64,000 bases of DNA, taken from Vulcanimicrobiota bacterium. Lineage in GTDB: Bacteria; Vulcanimicrobiota; SpSt-956; JAKJGF01. The translations under genes and the position numbers were made by a program. The first letter of the stretch is position 1. Each line of letters opens with the position of its first letter. Location of the stretch: assembly GCA_036746235.1 (NCBI GenBank), contig DAIOEN010000005.1, positions 7,879-71,878 of the forward strand, written 5' to 3'. Below are positions 19,766 to 28,898 of the stretch, piece after piece. The notes below the pieces were generated by a model. It ran no database searches. It was not told where the DNA came from and worked only from the letters and a program-made list of their open reading frames with translations.

Positions 19766-20611
19766 ATGATAGGTAGCATAAAAAATAACATAAGCCATTC
19801 ACTGTTAAATACTGAAAGAAATAAAACTCTTTCTGAAGAAAGGGGAGTAGAGAGAGATACTTTATCCGGCAAAAATCCATCAGATAATATAGGAGTTATG
19901 ATTGCAAAATTAAGCCTTGAAGCATCTAAAAATGTATCATCTAATTCCGGGAAAAGACAGATTTTAACAGAAGGTCTTATGAAGATAAAAGATAATGAAA
20001 ATACGAATTCTGAGCAAAAAGAACTGGCCAGACTTGGTATAAATATAGTAAAAGGTAATGACTTCTCTGATATTACTGCAGTAGAAACAAGATATAAATT
20101 TCTGGATGCAATTATGAGTGCCTGTGGCGGGCCTGTTGGCAGTGTGATTGCCAGAGTGACTTCAGATTCGGCAAAAGGTGCATCAACTAATTTTCAATCA
20201 CGACAGATCCTGTATGGCGGTATGGTAGCCATAAAAGATAATGAAAATACGAATTCTGAGCAAAAAGAACTGGCCAGACTTGGTATAAATATAGTAAAAG
20301 GTAATGACTTTTCTGATATTACTGCAGTAGAAACAAGATATAAATTTCTGGATGCAATTGAAAATAAATCTGATAAACCTTTAATACCTGTTATTGCTGA
20401 GGTGACCTTTAATTCTGCCGTTGAAGCATCAGACCTGTTTGAAAAAAGAACAATGTTAAGAACCGGTCTGGAAGCCATATGTGATAATCCTGGGAGTACT
20501 GCCCAGCAGAAAGATATTGCCCGTTTTGGCATAGATAGTGGTGCAGGTCATCATATAAGTGATAGCAGTGCTGTAAATGCACGATTAACTGTTATGAAAT
20601 CTTTGTTTTAA
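19766..20611 (+). CDS. hypothetical protein made of three ~80-aa repeats (MIGSIKNN.. N-terminus)
   Basis: RBS gaaggga before ATG 19766. Repeats 1 and 2 share an almost identical 43-aa block (IKDNENTNSEQKELARLGINIVKGNDFSDITAVETRYKFLDAI). Repeat 3 has diverged. Confidence 0.7.
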   Translation: MIGSIKNNISHSLLNTERNKTLSEERGVERDTLSGKNPSDNIGVMIAKLSLEASKNVSSNSGKRQILTEGLMKIKDNENTNSEQKELARLGINIVKGNDFSDITAVETRYKFLDAIMSACGGPVGSVIARVTSDSAKGASTNFQSRQILYGGMVAIKDNENTNSEQKELARLGINIVKGNDFSDITAVETRYKFLDAIENKSDKPLIPVIAEVTFNSAVEASDLFEKRTMLRTGLEAICDNPGSTAQQKDIARFGIDSGAGHHISDSSAVNARLTVMKSLF

Positions 20612-20620
20612 AAGATAATA

Positions 20621-20660
20621 AAATAAATAGCCTCTTCTAATATGAGGAGGCTATTTATTT
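20621..20660. terminator. bidirectional hairpin terminator between convergent genes
   Basis: aaataaatagcctc / gaggctatttattt 14-bp stem. Confidence 0.6.
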
Positions 20661-20964
20661 TACGATTAACAAAATAGAAATTACCACCGGTTAAAGTAAG
20701 AGAATTTTCTTTTTTTCCATGAAACTCCTCCATCTTTTCCGATCATTCCAATACCTCACGGAATACCGGCAAAACCCGGCATCCCCAGTAATGTCAGAGC
20801 CATTGGAACTTTAACCAGGCCTGCAGCTACTACAATACCTGCCCCGGTAATTGCCACGGCAGTCGCAGTGGCAATTATCTGTTTAGAATTGTTTCCTGAT
20901 TCCTCAGATTTGCTTGCTGCCAGAACTCCTCCCATAATAGCACTGACAGTCTTTTTTATTATAG

Positions 20965-22098
20965 CTAAAGTTCTATAATAGAGTGGCTTTCTCTTTTTAT
21001 CCACTCTCCTGTTTTCCATCCCACTACTGCTCCCAGTAGTCCTGTTGTCGGTATTGCCACTATGGGAGGTAAAACAAGACTTCCAATGGCAGTACCTGCT
21101 GCCATACCTGTCAGACCTGACATAAATTCCCATCCCCTCATACCACTGACAGATTTAAGGGCTTCACCTGTAAAAGATGTTTTAATCTGTTTATCGGGAA
21201 AAAGCTCTTTATCAGGATTTATCTTTACAGGAGGTTCATTATTAATAATACCTGTTGCTCCCAGGGCAAAACCTGCAGTATTTGGTATATTTGTGCCGGG
21301 GTTTCTCATGAGTTTCGGAATAATCCACTCATTAATTCTTCTTTCTTTCGGGAGAATAGAATTTATGAGTCCTACCTGATTGGAATAACAGCTGTTATTC
21401 AGGGTATTATAATAATCTTTATCATGAGATTGAAATGCTTTTTCCAGACTTTTCTTTAGAAACTCCTTCTTTTCTGCTTCAGTGAAATTCAGCTTATATT
21501 TTATAAGTTTATGTCCCCTTCTCCTGGAACATTTCTGTATTGTATCTTCCCAGGTTCCCAGCTGATAAACATTTAAAAATTTATCTTTCATTCCATCTAT
21601 GAGATTGTAAGACTCTCCTTCTTTAAGTCTTGCTTCTATTGATAAAACAAGGCCTTTTGCTGTTTTCCCGTCAGAGGCAGTAACAGGCCCGTCATCTTCA
21701 AATTCAAAATATGAAAGGGCATGTCCTGCAATCCATTCAGGAGCAAAAGGCTCTATTACGAGATAGACACTTTTAACCTTCTCAGGATCTACAGATACTT
21801 CTTTAAAGATAGGCTCCCAGTCGATATCTTCCTTTCCTTCCTTAAAACCGCATCTTACATTCTCCATATGAATCCTGCCGTCTTCCGTTGTTTTTAAATA
21901 TTTTGCAGGTCTCTGGTCCTTCTGCCAGTTTTCCTTTCCTTCTATCCTGGTAGAAGAAGTAAGAAGATTTTCAGGTATAAGGTTTAGAGAGGAAGGATCA
22001 GAAGTGATAAATTTATCTGATATCTTCTCTGAAGAAGTCTTTTTTTGATTTTGATTCGTGAAATTTGTTGTATTAAGCTTATTATTTAATATTTTCAT
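20965..22098 (-). CDS. leader + DUF4105-like domain protein; the glycine-zipper tail appears to continue out of frame to 20756
   Basis: gaggtg RBS before ATG 22098 (MKILNNKLNTTNF). AGHALSYFEF.. and YYNTLNNSCYSNQVGLIN weakly resemble DUF4105. A Gly-rich hydrophobic region begins at GMAAGTAIGSLV. Confidence 0.55.
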   Translation of the reverse strand: MKILNNKLNTTNFTNQNQKKTSSEKISDKFITSDPSSLNLIPENLLTSSTRIEGKENWQKDQRPAKYLKTTEDGRIHMENVRCGFKEGKEDIDWEPIFKEVSVDPEKVKSVYLVIEPFAPEWIAGHALSYFEFEDDGPVTASDGKTAKGLVLSIEARLKEGESYNLIDGMKDKFLNVYQLGTWEDTIQKCSRRRGHKLIKYKLNFTEAEKKEFLKKSLEKAFQSHDKDYYNTLNNSCYSNQVGLINSILPKERRINEWIIPKLMRNPGTNIPNTAGFALGATGIINNEPPVKINPDKELFPDKQIKTSFTGEALKSVSGMRGWEFMSGLTGMAAGTAIGSLVLPPIVAIPTTGLLGAVVGWKTGEWIKRESHSIIEL

Positions 22099-22165
22099 AT
22101 AACACCTCATTTACTATATTTTTAAAATTTTACTTCTAACCAGAAGAAAGAATAATTTTATTTCT

Positions 22166-23764
22166 TCAAAGTGTATATTCTCTTTCTATTACCTTTGTAA
22201 TACAGTTCAGAGCTCCTCTGAAGGAACTTACGGCATTCATATCTACCGGTATGGTATTATATCCATATTTTTCATAAACACTGTTTCCTGCAGTATCAAG
22301 TTCATCTATGCCAAAATTGGGAATGAATATGTTATCTCCGTCTATGACTGCATTGTTATAGGTTATCCAGGGTACATATTTAAGTTTTGTCGTACCCAGA
22401 TAGGGCAATCTTTCCACTTTAAATCCGTCTTTTTCAAGGTCTGCCGCCAGGGAATCAAATTTCTCCTGTAATTCTCTATCACCATCCATAGTATAGAGGA
22501 GATTATCCAGTGGCTTTAAAGGTCCCCAGGTAACTGTATTTTCTATATTTCTTTCATATCTTTCATATTTAAAAGGTTCTCTCTCTTTTATATCTTTAAG
22601 TATCTTTATCGCCATGGAAGGATCTCCCACTGTTACGACTTTTTTCCCTGTTTCTGGATCAATTTTTCCAAGAGGAGTCATGGCCATATCTATATGAAAA
22701 GCAGGCTGTCCCTCATTATTTCCTATTATAACAACCTTCTGTTTCGGAAAAGTTCTGTCTAACATCAATTTACAAAGTTCTTCGTGACTTACATCCTTTG
22801 CATCTATATGCAGGTCACCCTTTATGGTATTGTATTTCTGCGGATAGTTTTTCATATCTTTCATCATAAAAGTTATTGCGTCAGAACCTATATAGATATT
22901 ATCCATTGTAGGAAGCTGGTTTCCTCCATCTATGAATCTCCCTTTCACTCTTTCATATGTGAGTTCAGGATTTACCCCTGCCAGGGAAGAGGCCACTTTC
23001 CAGTCTCCCTGTTGTGGAAAATCCATTCTGTCCTGTTCCATGATTTTACTGCCCTGTACCAGTGTCGAATCCTGTGCCCATATGGAAAGATTTGCTCCTG
23101 TAGAAATTACTGTTATCCTTTCAGGAGAAGATATGGTTCCATCATTACACCATTTCATGATTTCATCTTTCACTTCTCTTCTGCCCTGTTCATCTGATGT
23201 GAGTATGGTAAATTTTGCATCATCCATACTGGATATAAACGTTTTCATGGCATTCAGATAGGCCGGCTTTTCTTGCCCCATATTTCCGAAGGTAAAGCAC
23301 ATATGTTTTATTCTGCCTTCATTCTGAGGTATCATATAACCGTCCATGGCAAGACTCGTTTTTAATTCTCCTGATTTTTCCCTCCCCTCTGTTTCAGTCT
23401 GATTTTTCCCTTCTGTTCCTTTTCTGGCAGTGATGACTCCTGCCATGATACCTCCTGCAATACCGAGAGGTACTGCTGCCATGGCAGGCAGTGCAGAACC
23501 GGTAATATATGATGCAGCAGCACAGGCACCTGTTATAAGCGTTCCTGCTGCAGTACCTGTAATAATACTTTTCTGTAGAGATTTCTTCTCACTTATACCC
23601 TGTGTGAGAAAAGCAATGTTCCGTAAATTATTTATATCATCAATATTGCCGGTTTTTTCGTCCTTATTTAGTATTATCTTATCTTCCTGTTCTATTTTTT
23701 CCTGGACAGAAAATTTTTGCTTTATTAAAGATACAGCAGGTGACAGATTTATGTTTATTTTCAT
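22166..23764 (-). CDS. leader + glycine-zipper segment + agmatine-deiminase/PAD-like (guanidino-group-modifying enzyme superfamily) domain
   Basis: aggaaagga RBS before ATG 23764 (MKININLSP). TGTAAGTLITGACAAASYITG..GIAGGIMAGVI. GME-like motifs SIWAQDS, FIDGGNQ, AFHIDMAM and C-terminal FRGALNCITKV (catalytic Cys context). Confidence 0.6.
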   Translation of the reverse strand: MKININLSPAVSLIKQKFSVQEKIEQEDKIILNKDEKTGNIDDINNLRNIAFLTQGISEKKSLQKSIITGTAAGTLITGACAAASYITGSALPAMAAVPLGIAGGIMAGVITARKGTEGKNQTETEGREKSGELKTSLAMDGYMIPQNEGRIKHMCFTFGNMGQEKPAYLNAMKTFISSMDDAKFTILTSDEQGRREVKDEIMKWCNDGTISSPERITVISTGANLSIWAQDSTLVQGSKIMEQDRMDFPQQGDWKVASSLAGVNPELTYERVKGRFIDGGNQLPTMDNIYIGSDAITFMMKDMKNYPQKYNTIKGDLHIDAKDVSHEELCKLMLDRTFPKQKVVIIGNNEGQPAFHIDMAMTPLGKIDPETGKKVVTVGDPSMAIKILKDIKEREPFKYERYERNIENTVTWGPLKPLDNLLYTMDGDRELQEKFDSLAADLEKDGFKVERLPYLGTTKLKYVPWITYNNAVIDGDNIFIPNFGIDELDTAGNSVYEKYGYNTIPVDMNAVSSFRGALNCITKVIEREYTL

Positions 23765-23819
23765 ATGTTTCATCCTTTCCTGAAGAATTACAGAAAATAT
23801 ATGAATAATTATTATCTAC

Positions 23820-23921
23820 ATAATAGAATAAAAAATATCTGAAAGGCTGTAAAAAATGTTAATAAAATGTTAACAGAAGACAATGTCTCTATATGGTAAT
23901 TTTGGACAAAAATAAACGATA
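23820..23921 (-). promoter_or_regulatory. conserved regulon promoter module, copy G
   Basis: Minus strand: atcgtt (23915-23920), tgtcc, gttaacattttattaaca (23857-23874), 31 nt, tattat (23820-23825). Confidence 0.75.
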
Positions 23922-24077
23922 TGATAATAGTATTCTGTATTAAAAGTTTTCATAAGATTTTTTTCTAAATTTTTTGACTTTTTCTAAATAGGGATATTGC
24001 AGAACAGGTAAAGAGACTTAAAATAACGTAAGATTTTCATGGAGTAATATAAAAATTTCTACATGTATTTTCATACT

Positions 24078-24140
24078 AACAGACATGACCGGAGCGGTCA
24101 CAACTAAATATGAGAATCTGATGCCTGTCAGGCTCTGACG
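24078..24140 (-). repeat. repeat family Z, copy 2
   Basis: The reverse complement reads gcctgacaggcatcagattctcatatttagttgtgaccgctccggtcatgtctgtt. Confidence 0.6.
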
Positions 24141-24210
24141 TCATCATTCTCATATAAATCGCCAGGAATAGCACTTGATGTAACTGCAGTAGATTTTTAA
24201 TATTTTTATT

Positions 24211-24310
24211 AACGTTATTTTCTGTCTGTTTGTTTATATTTTTACTGTTTTTACCGTTAACAATTTGTTAACAATTTTTTTGAATTATTCATCTTAACCC
24301 GTGTTAAAAT
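24211..24310 (+). promoter_or_regulatory. conserved regulon promoter module, copy H
   Basis: aacgtt 24211-24216, tgtct 24223-24227, gttaacaatttgttaaca 24256-24273, 31 nt, tgt-taaaat (24305-24310). Confidence 0.75.
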
Positions 24311-24347
24311 ATAATCAATAAAATCTACTGGAAAGGGGATAATAATT

Positions 24348-25178
24348 ATGAAGATAAACAATATATCGAATCCCATCACACAGAAAACAGATAAAACCGG
24401 TTCTGATAAAAAACTTCAGGATAACAATGACAACACAAAAGATGAATTGAAGTCATCTTCAGCCGGTGAAGCTGATATGGCATTAAAAAACGATCTGGAA
24501 GCAATGAGAATTATTGCAGGAGGTCTCTTCGGTAGAGACATAGTTCATAATATAAAATATATCGTAGAAAATGATAACGGTGAATATGATAAGAATCCGG
24601 AGAAAGGTAAATTCGAAGGAAGGGGAGGAAAAGGAGAATTTTCTATTAATAAGGAAACGGGGGAGATAGAAAAGGCAGAATATATAGATGGTTCCTATAC
24701 AGGGGGAAGTATGTATAAATATGAAAATACCGGTGGCAGGAGAATTTATACCTATTTCGACTCAGATACATTCGATGAGAGCTATGAAAAAAATATCTAT
24801 GATGCACAGACAGGCCAGGTTCTGAATGAGAAGTTCTGGGGTAATAAAAATTCTTCCGATCTTGCATCAACTCTCGGACGTATAGAAAAACCTCTGGAAG
24901 CAAGAGTAATGGCAAAAGAGATTTCTTACAGTGATGGTATTGCAGAAGGAATAAAAAGAGATGCTACTATATGGAGTAAGATTATTGGAGAGTCAGCTCT
25001 TACGGGTACCGCAACGGCTATTCTTGGAGGAGGACTCGGTTTTATCCTGGGAATGAATCCCCTTGTTACAGGAGTAATAGGTGCAACTGCCGGTGCTGCC
25101 TGGACTGTATCAGGTAAACTGGAGGGTATACCTATGCAAAAAGTTTACCTTGAGCTCGAGAGTAGAAAAAAAGAATAA
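24348..25178 (+). CDS. leader + PepSY-like 'xETGxI' region + glycine-zipper C-terminus
   Basis: MKINNISNPITQK leader. FSINKETGEIEKAEYIDG and IYDAQTGQVLNEKFW. C-terminal SALTGTATAILGGGLGFILGMNPLVTGVIGATAGAAW. Confidence 0.75.
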   Translation: MKINNISNPITQKTDKTGSDKKLQDNNDNTKDELKSSSAGEADMALKNDLEAMRIIAGGLFGRDIVHNIKYIVENDNGEYDKNPEKGKFEGRGGKGEFSINKETGEIEKAEYIDGSYTGGSMYKYENTGGRRIYTYFDSDTFDESYEKNIYDAQTGQVLNEKFWGNKNSSDLASTLGRIEKPLEARVMAKEISYSDGIAEGIKRDATIWSKIIGESALTGTATAILGGGLGFILGMNPLVTGVIGATAGAAWTVSGKLEGIPMQKVYLELESRKKE

Positions 25179-25194
25179 AAAGGAGGTAATATAT

Positions 25195-26436
25195 ATGTTT
25201 GCATCATTATTTGCAGCCACTACTGCAGTAAGTGCACTGAGAATAGGCCTGTCTTCCATGAAAGGACAGGAAAGTGAAAGACCTGAATATTTAGACACAT
25301 TTCAACATCAGGGTGAAGGCGATATTCAGGGCAAGTCTTTTTATATGGATGCAGAAGATCTCAGAAATACTGCTATGAAACTCGGTAACAGTATTAAGAA
25401 ATTGGATAATACGGAAAAGGATCTGAATCATGAACAGGGAGTAATAGAAGTGAAAGATGCCCTGTTAGAAGACCTTTCCCTCATCTCTCCTTCTATAAAA
25501 AAGGCAACAGTAACAGTCGATAAAAACTCGGAATTAAAGGGACTGGAAGTTATAACTGAAGATCCTGAACATGGCAAAGGCATATATAAATATGAAAGTA
25601 AAAAAAAGGGATTTATGAAAAGAGAAGAAAAAGTAGAAATCTCTTCTTATGAATATAATAATAATACCGGTAAAGGAGTTTATAGAAAGGGAATCTATGA
25701 TAAAGATACTGAATATGCGAACTCCACTCCATCTCCTGTGAGTTATGCCGAATTCTCCAATGACTATTCCATTAAGAATAAGAAGCATTATATACCTCTT
25801 ATTGAAAATTCTGAAATAGCAAAGGAATTGAAGCAAAAATTAAAAGAAATAGAAATGAGCAGTCAGAGCAGTCCATCTGTTGAATCTACTGTTATAAATA
25901 ACAGAAAAGATGAAGAAAAAGAAATAGAAAGTCTTTTCTCCTCTATTAAAGAAAGTGCAGGGAAAATAGATAAAAAGGGAAAAAAATATGATGAAAAAAC
26001 CGGTAATTTTATAGAAGATATTCTGAAGGATTTCACATATGAACATGATGCTAAAAGATTAAAAATTGGTGATAACGGTTCTATTGTATGTTACAGGCGG
26101 GACTATCATGGTACACATAACTTTTCAGCCTATAAAGAAAAAATTGATTCTTCTGACGGACACATTACATCTGTTTTCTTCCAGAGAAAATCTTATTCCG
26201 ATGCTGTTGGTTCATATAGTAAAATTATAACTATTTATGTGGATAAAAGTTCAGGGGAAATTAAATCTGTAGAATATTACGATCCGAATGATTTCGATGC
26301 ATCCAGTATCTGGAATGACCCTGGCATGAAACTGCACAGAAAAATGCAGGAAAAAGCAGAGATGGCATATGAAAATGCAGATCCGGAAGGATGTATGGAT
26401 GAAATAAGCAACACTCACGTGTCAAACAGATATTGA
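25195..26436 (+). CDS. hypothetical protein of the PepSY-like repeat family
   Basis: aggagg RBS before ATG 25195 (MFASLFAATTAV..). IYVDKSSGEIKSVEYYD. Starts 17 nt after the preceding stop, so likely the same operon. Confidence 0.65.
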   Translation: MFASLFAATTAVSALRIGLSSMKGQESERPEYLDTFQHQGEGDIQGKSFYMDAEDLRNTAMKLGNSIKKLDNTEKDLNHEQGVIEVKDALLEDLSLISPSIKKATVTVDKNSELKGLEVITEDPEHGKGIYKYESKKKGFMKREEKVEISSYEYNNNTGKGVYRKGIYDKDTEYANSTPSPVSYAEFSNDYSIKNKKHYIPLIENSEIAKELKQKLKEIEMSSQSSPSVESTVINNRKDEEKEIESLFSSIKESAGKIDKKGKKYDEKTGNFIEDILKDFTYEHDAKRLKIGDNGSIVCYRRDYHGTHNFSAYKEKIDSSDGHITSVFFQRKSYSDAVGSYSKIITIYVDKSSGEIKSVEYYDPNDFDASSIWNDPGMKLHRKMQEKAEMAYENADPEGCMDEISNTHVSNRY

Positions 26437-26455
26437 TTTTGAAAAATATAACTAT

Positions 26456-26480
26456 AAAAGACCGGTTATACCGGTCTTTT
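26456..26480. terminator. bidirectional terminator hairpin
   Basis: aaaagaccgg-ttata-ccggtctttt between convergent genes. Confidence 0.7.
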
Positions 26481-26583
26481 ATAGTGTACTATCCACTGCT
26501 CTTCAGAAATGGGAAGTACTTTTGATAAATCAGAGTGATTTTGTCAGTTAATGATGAGTGGAATATATATTACCCGCTACTCA

Positions 26584-28866
26584 CTATAATTTTTTTGAAA
26601 TCTTCTTCAATTTACCATACAGTAAGACAGAAATTTCTTTATCTCCTTCCAGGATTTCTACATGAACTTCTTTCTCTTTTACTGTAATACCGAGGAGATT
26701 TCCCTTCCAGTATACTTTAAATTTCAGAGATTTCCACTTTTCCGGCAGCCACTGTGGAGAAAATCCAGGATAGCCTTCTTTACTCACATACATACCGCCG
26801 AATCCGAAAACAGCTGTCTGCCATGTTATTCCTGCACCTGCAGCATGGAGACCCAGACCGGTATTGCCCTGATTATCCTGTAGATCTACAAGGGCAGTCC
26901 TCATGAAATATTCATAACCTTTAGTCATATCGCCCACCACAAGGCCCATAAGACAGTAAAGTCCAGGGCTCAGAGAGGATTTATGCATAGTTCTTTTTTC
27001 ATAATATTCATAATTTATTTTTTTTGTTTCCAGAGAAAAGGTGTCTCCCGGAATATGTAATAACATGATTACATCTGGCTGTTTTATGAGTGTATAATCA
27101 CCGGGTTTTGTAATATCCACTCCATCAGGCCAGAGAGGCATATTGTTTTCATCATATTCTGTTACAGTATAATCTTTCAATTTGAAATAGCCTTCATGCT
27201 GCTCCAGTAACTGTTCTGAACGGGGGATATAGATCTTTTCTGCCACATCTTTCCATTTCTGTAATTCCTTTGCAGTAAGACCTGTTTTTGCGACTATTGT
27301 TTCATAATCATATTTATGATTTTCCTTAAGCCATGCTAAAAGTTCAAAAGATTTTTCAATATTCCATTTAGCCATATAATTGGTATAGAGATTGTTATTT
27401 ACATGTTCATGGAATTCATCAGGCCCTATGACCCTGTTAATGTCATATCTATCTGCTTTTTTATTATATTCTGCCCTGGTGCTCCAGAATCTGGCTGTTT
27501 CAAGGAATATTTCCATGCCATAATTAAAAAAGAAATCCATATCATCTGTTGCCCTGAAATATTCCCATATGGCAAAAGCCACATCTGAAACTATATGATG
27601 TTCCAGATCTCCTGTCCAGATTCTTACAGGATTTCCTTTATAATCAAAACCCCACCGCGGTGTTTCTTCTTTACCTGTATCTGCAGATTCCCATGGGAAC
27701 AGAGCACCTCTGTAGCCGTTTGTAAAAGCATTTTCCCTTGCCATGTCAAGTAAATTATATCGATACATCAGAAGGGATTTTGCTCCTTCTGGCTGAGTAT
27801 AGGTGAAAAAAGGTAACATGAAAATCTCTGTGTCCCAGAAGATATGTCCGTTATAACCTTCTCCATGCATACCTTTTGCTCCTATACTTACTCTACTGTC
27901 TTCTGTATTTACACAGTTCATAAGGTGAAATATATTGAATCTAAGAGCTTTTTCTCCTTCTTCATCACCATCTATTTCTATGTTTTTTATATGCCACAGT
28001 TTTTCATATGACAGAATACTTTCATTTAGAATTTTTTCCATTCCTTCAGCAAGAAATTCATTGAGTCTTTCTTCAGTTTTTTTCTGAAGACCTTCTTTCT
28101 CTATTTCCCTTGAAGTGGCCAGAGATACGTATTTTACTATGTCTGCAGTCATACCTTTCTGCACTTCTATATCAATATTTTCCATGGACATTTCGCCGGA
28201 AGCTATGAATTTTCTGCATGTTCCGGCATTTTCTCCCTTTATTTTTGCTCTCAGTGAAGATGCTATGCCAAGACGATAGTCTTTTTCACATGTTCCTGTT
28301 TCCAGATATATGCCTTTTTTATTCAGATCTTCATTTTTTCTCACAGTGAAATGTTTTATCTTTTCCTTCGGATCATCTTTTTTATTCAATACTGTACCGT
28401 CAATAATATTTTCTACTGTAATTATTCCATCATAATTTTCAGGTGTAATGGCATATTGCATACCTGCCAGATATGTTCTCCTCTTGCTTAAAAACCTGAA
28501 ACCTTCTATTTTTGTAATTCTTCCTTCACTATCTTTTACCCTCACAGACTTATAGAGAAGACCGTGTTTCATATCCAGGGCTCTGTAAAAATTGAGTATT
28601 TTACATGTCTGAAGATCTACATATGCTCTGTTTATATATATTCTCAGTCCGAAGAAAAAAGGCATATTTACAAATTCTGAAACCTGTGCTTCCGATTTAT
28701 CGTAAATACCTGCCATAAAGGTGCCCCTCTGCTCTCCATAAAGTATTTCCTCAAAAGAGCCTCTCACGCCTGCATAGCCATTTGCAAGGGTAAAGTTTGT
28801 TTCCATTTTCCCTGATATTTCAAATTTCTTTTGTTCTATGAGCCATTTTTTTTCCGATAATTTCAT
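26584..28866 (-). CDS. GH65 family disaccharide phosphorylase (maltose/trehalose/kojibiose phosphorylase type)
   Basis: 760-aa ORF of typical GH65 length and sequence (..GAKGMHGEGYNGHIFWDTEIF..). Sits immediately downstream of a beta-phosphoglucomutase gene, which is the canonical pairing. Confidence 0.85.
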   Translation of the reverse strand: MKLSEKKWLIEQKKFEISGKMETNFTLANGYAGVRGSFEEILYGEQRGTFMAGIYDKSEAQVSEFVNMPFFFGLRIYINRAYVDLQTCKILNFYRALDMKHGLLYKSVRVKDSEGRITKIEGFRFLSKRRTYLAGMQYAITPENYDGIITVENIIDGTVLNKKDDPKEKIKHFTVRKNEDLNKKGIYLETGTCEKDYRLGIASSLRAKIKGENAGTCRKFIASGEMSMENIDIEVQKGMTADIVKYVSLATSREIEKEGLQKKTEERLNEFLAEGMEKILNESILSYEKLWHIKNIEIDGDEEGEKALRFNIFHLMNCVNTEDSRVSIGAKGMHGEGYNGHIFWDTEIFMLPFFTYTQPEGAKSLLMYRYNLLDMARENAFTNGYRGALFPWESADTGKEETPRWGFDYKGNPVRIWTGDLEHHIVSDVAFAIWEYFRATDDMDFFFNYGMEIFLETARFWSTRAEYNKKADRYDINRVIGPDEFHEHVNNNLYTNYMAKWNIEKSFELLAWLKENHKYDYETIVAKTGLTAKELQKWKDVAEKIYIPRSEQLLEQHEGYFKLKDYTVTEYDENNMPLWPDGVDITKPGDYTLIKQPDVIMLLHIPGDTFSLETKKINYEYYEKRTMHKSSLSPGLYCLMGLVVGDMTKGYEYFMRTALVDLQDNQGNTGLGLHAAGAGITWQTAVFGFGGMYVSKEGYPGFSPQWLPEKWKSLKFKVYWKGNLLGITVKEKEVHVEILEGDKEISVLLYGKLKKISKKL

Positions 28867-28898
28867 AAGCTGTACCTCCTGATATTTTTAGAATAATC

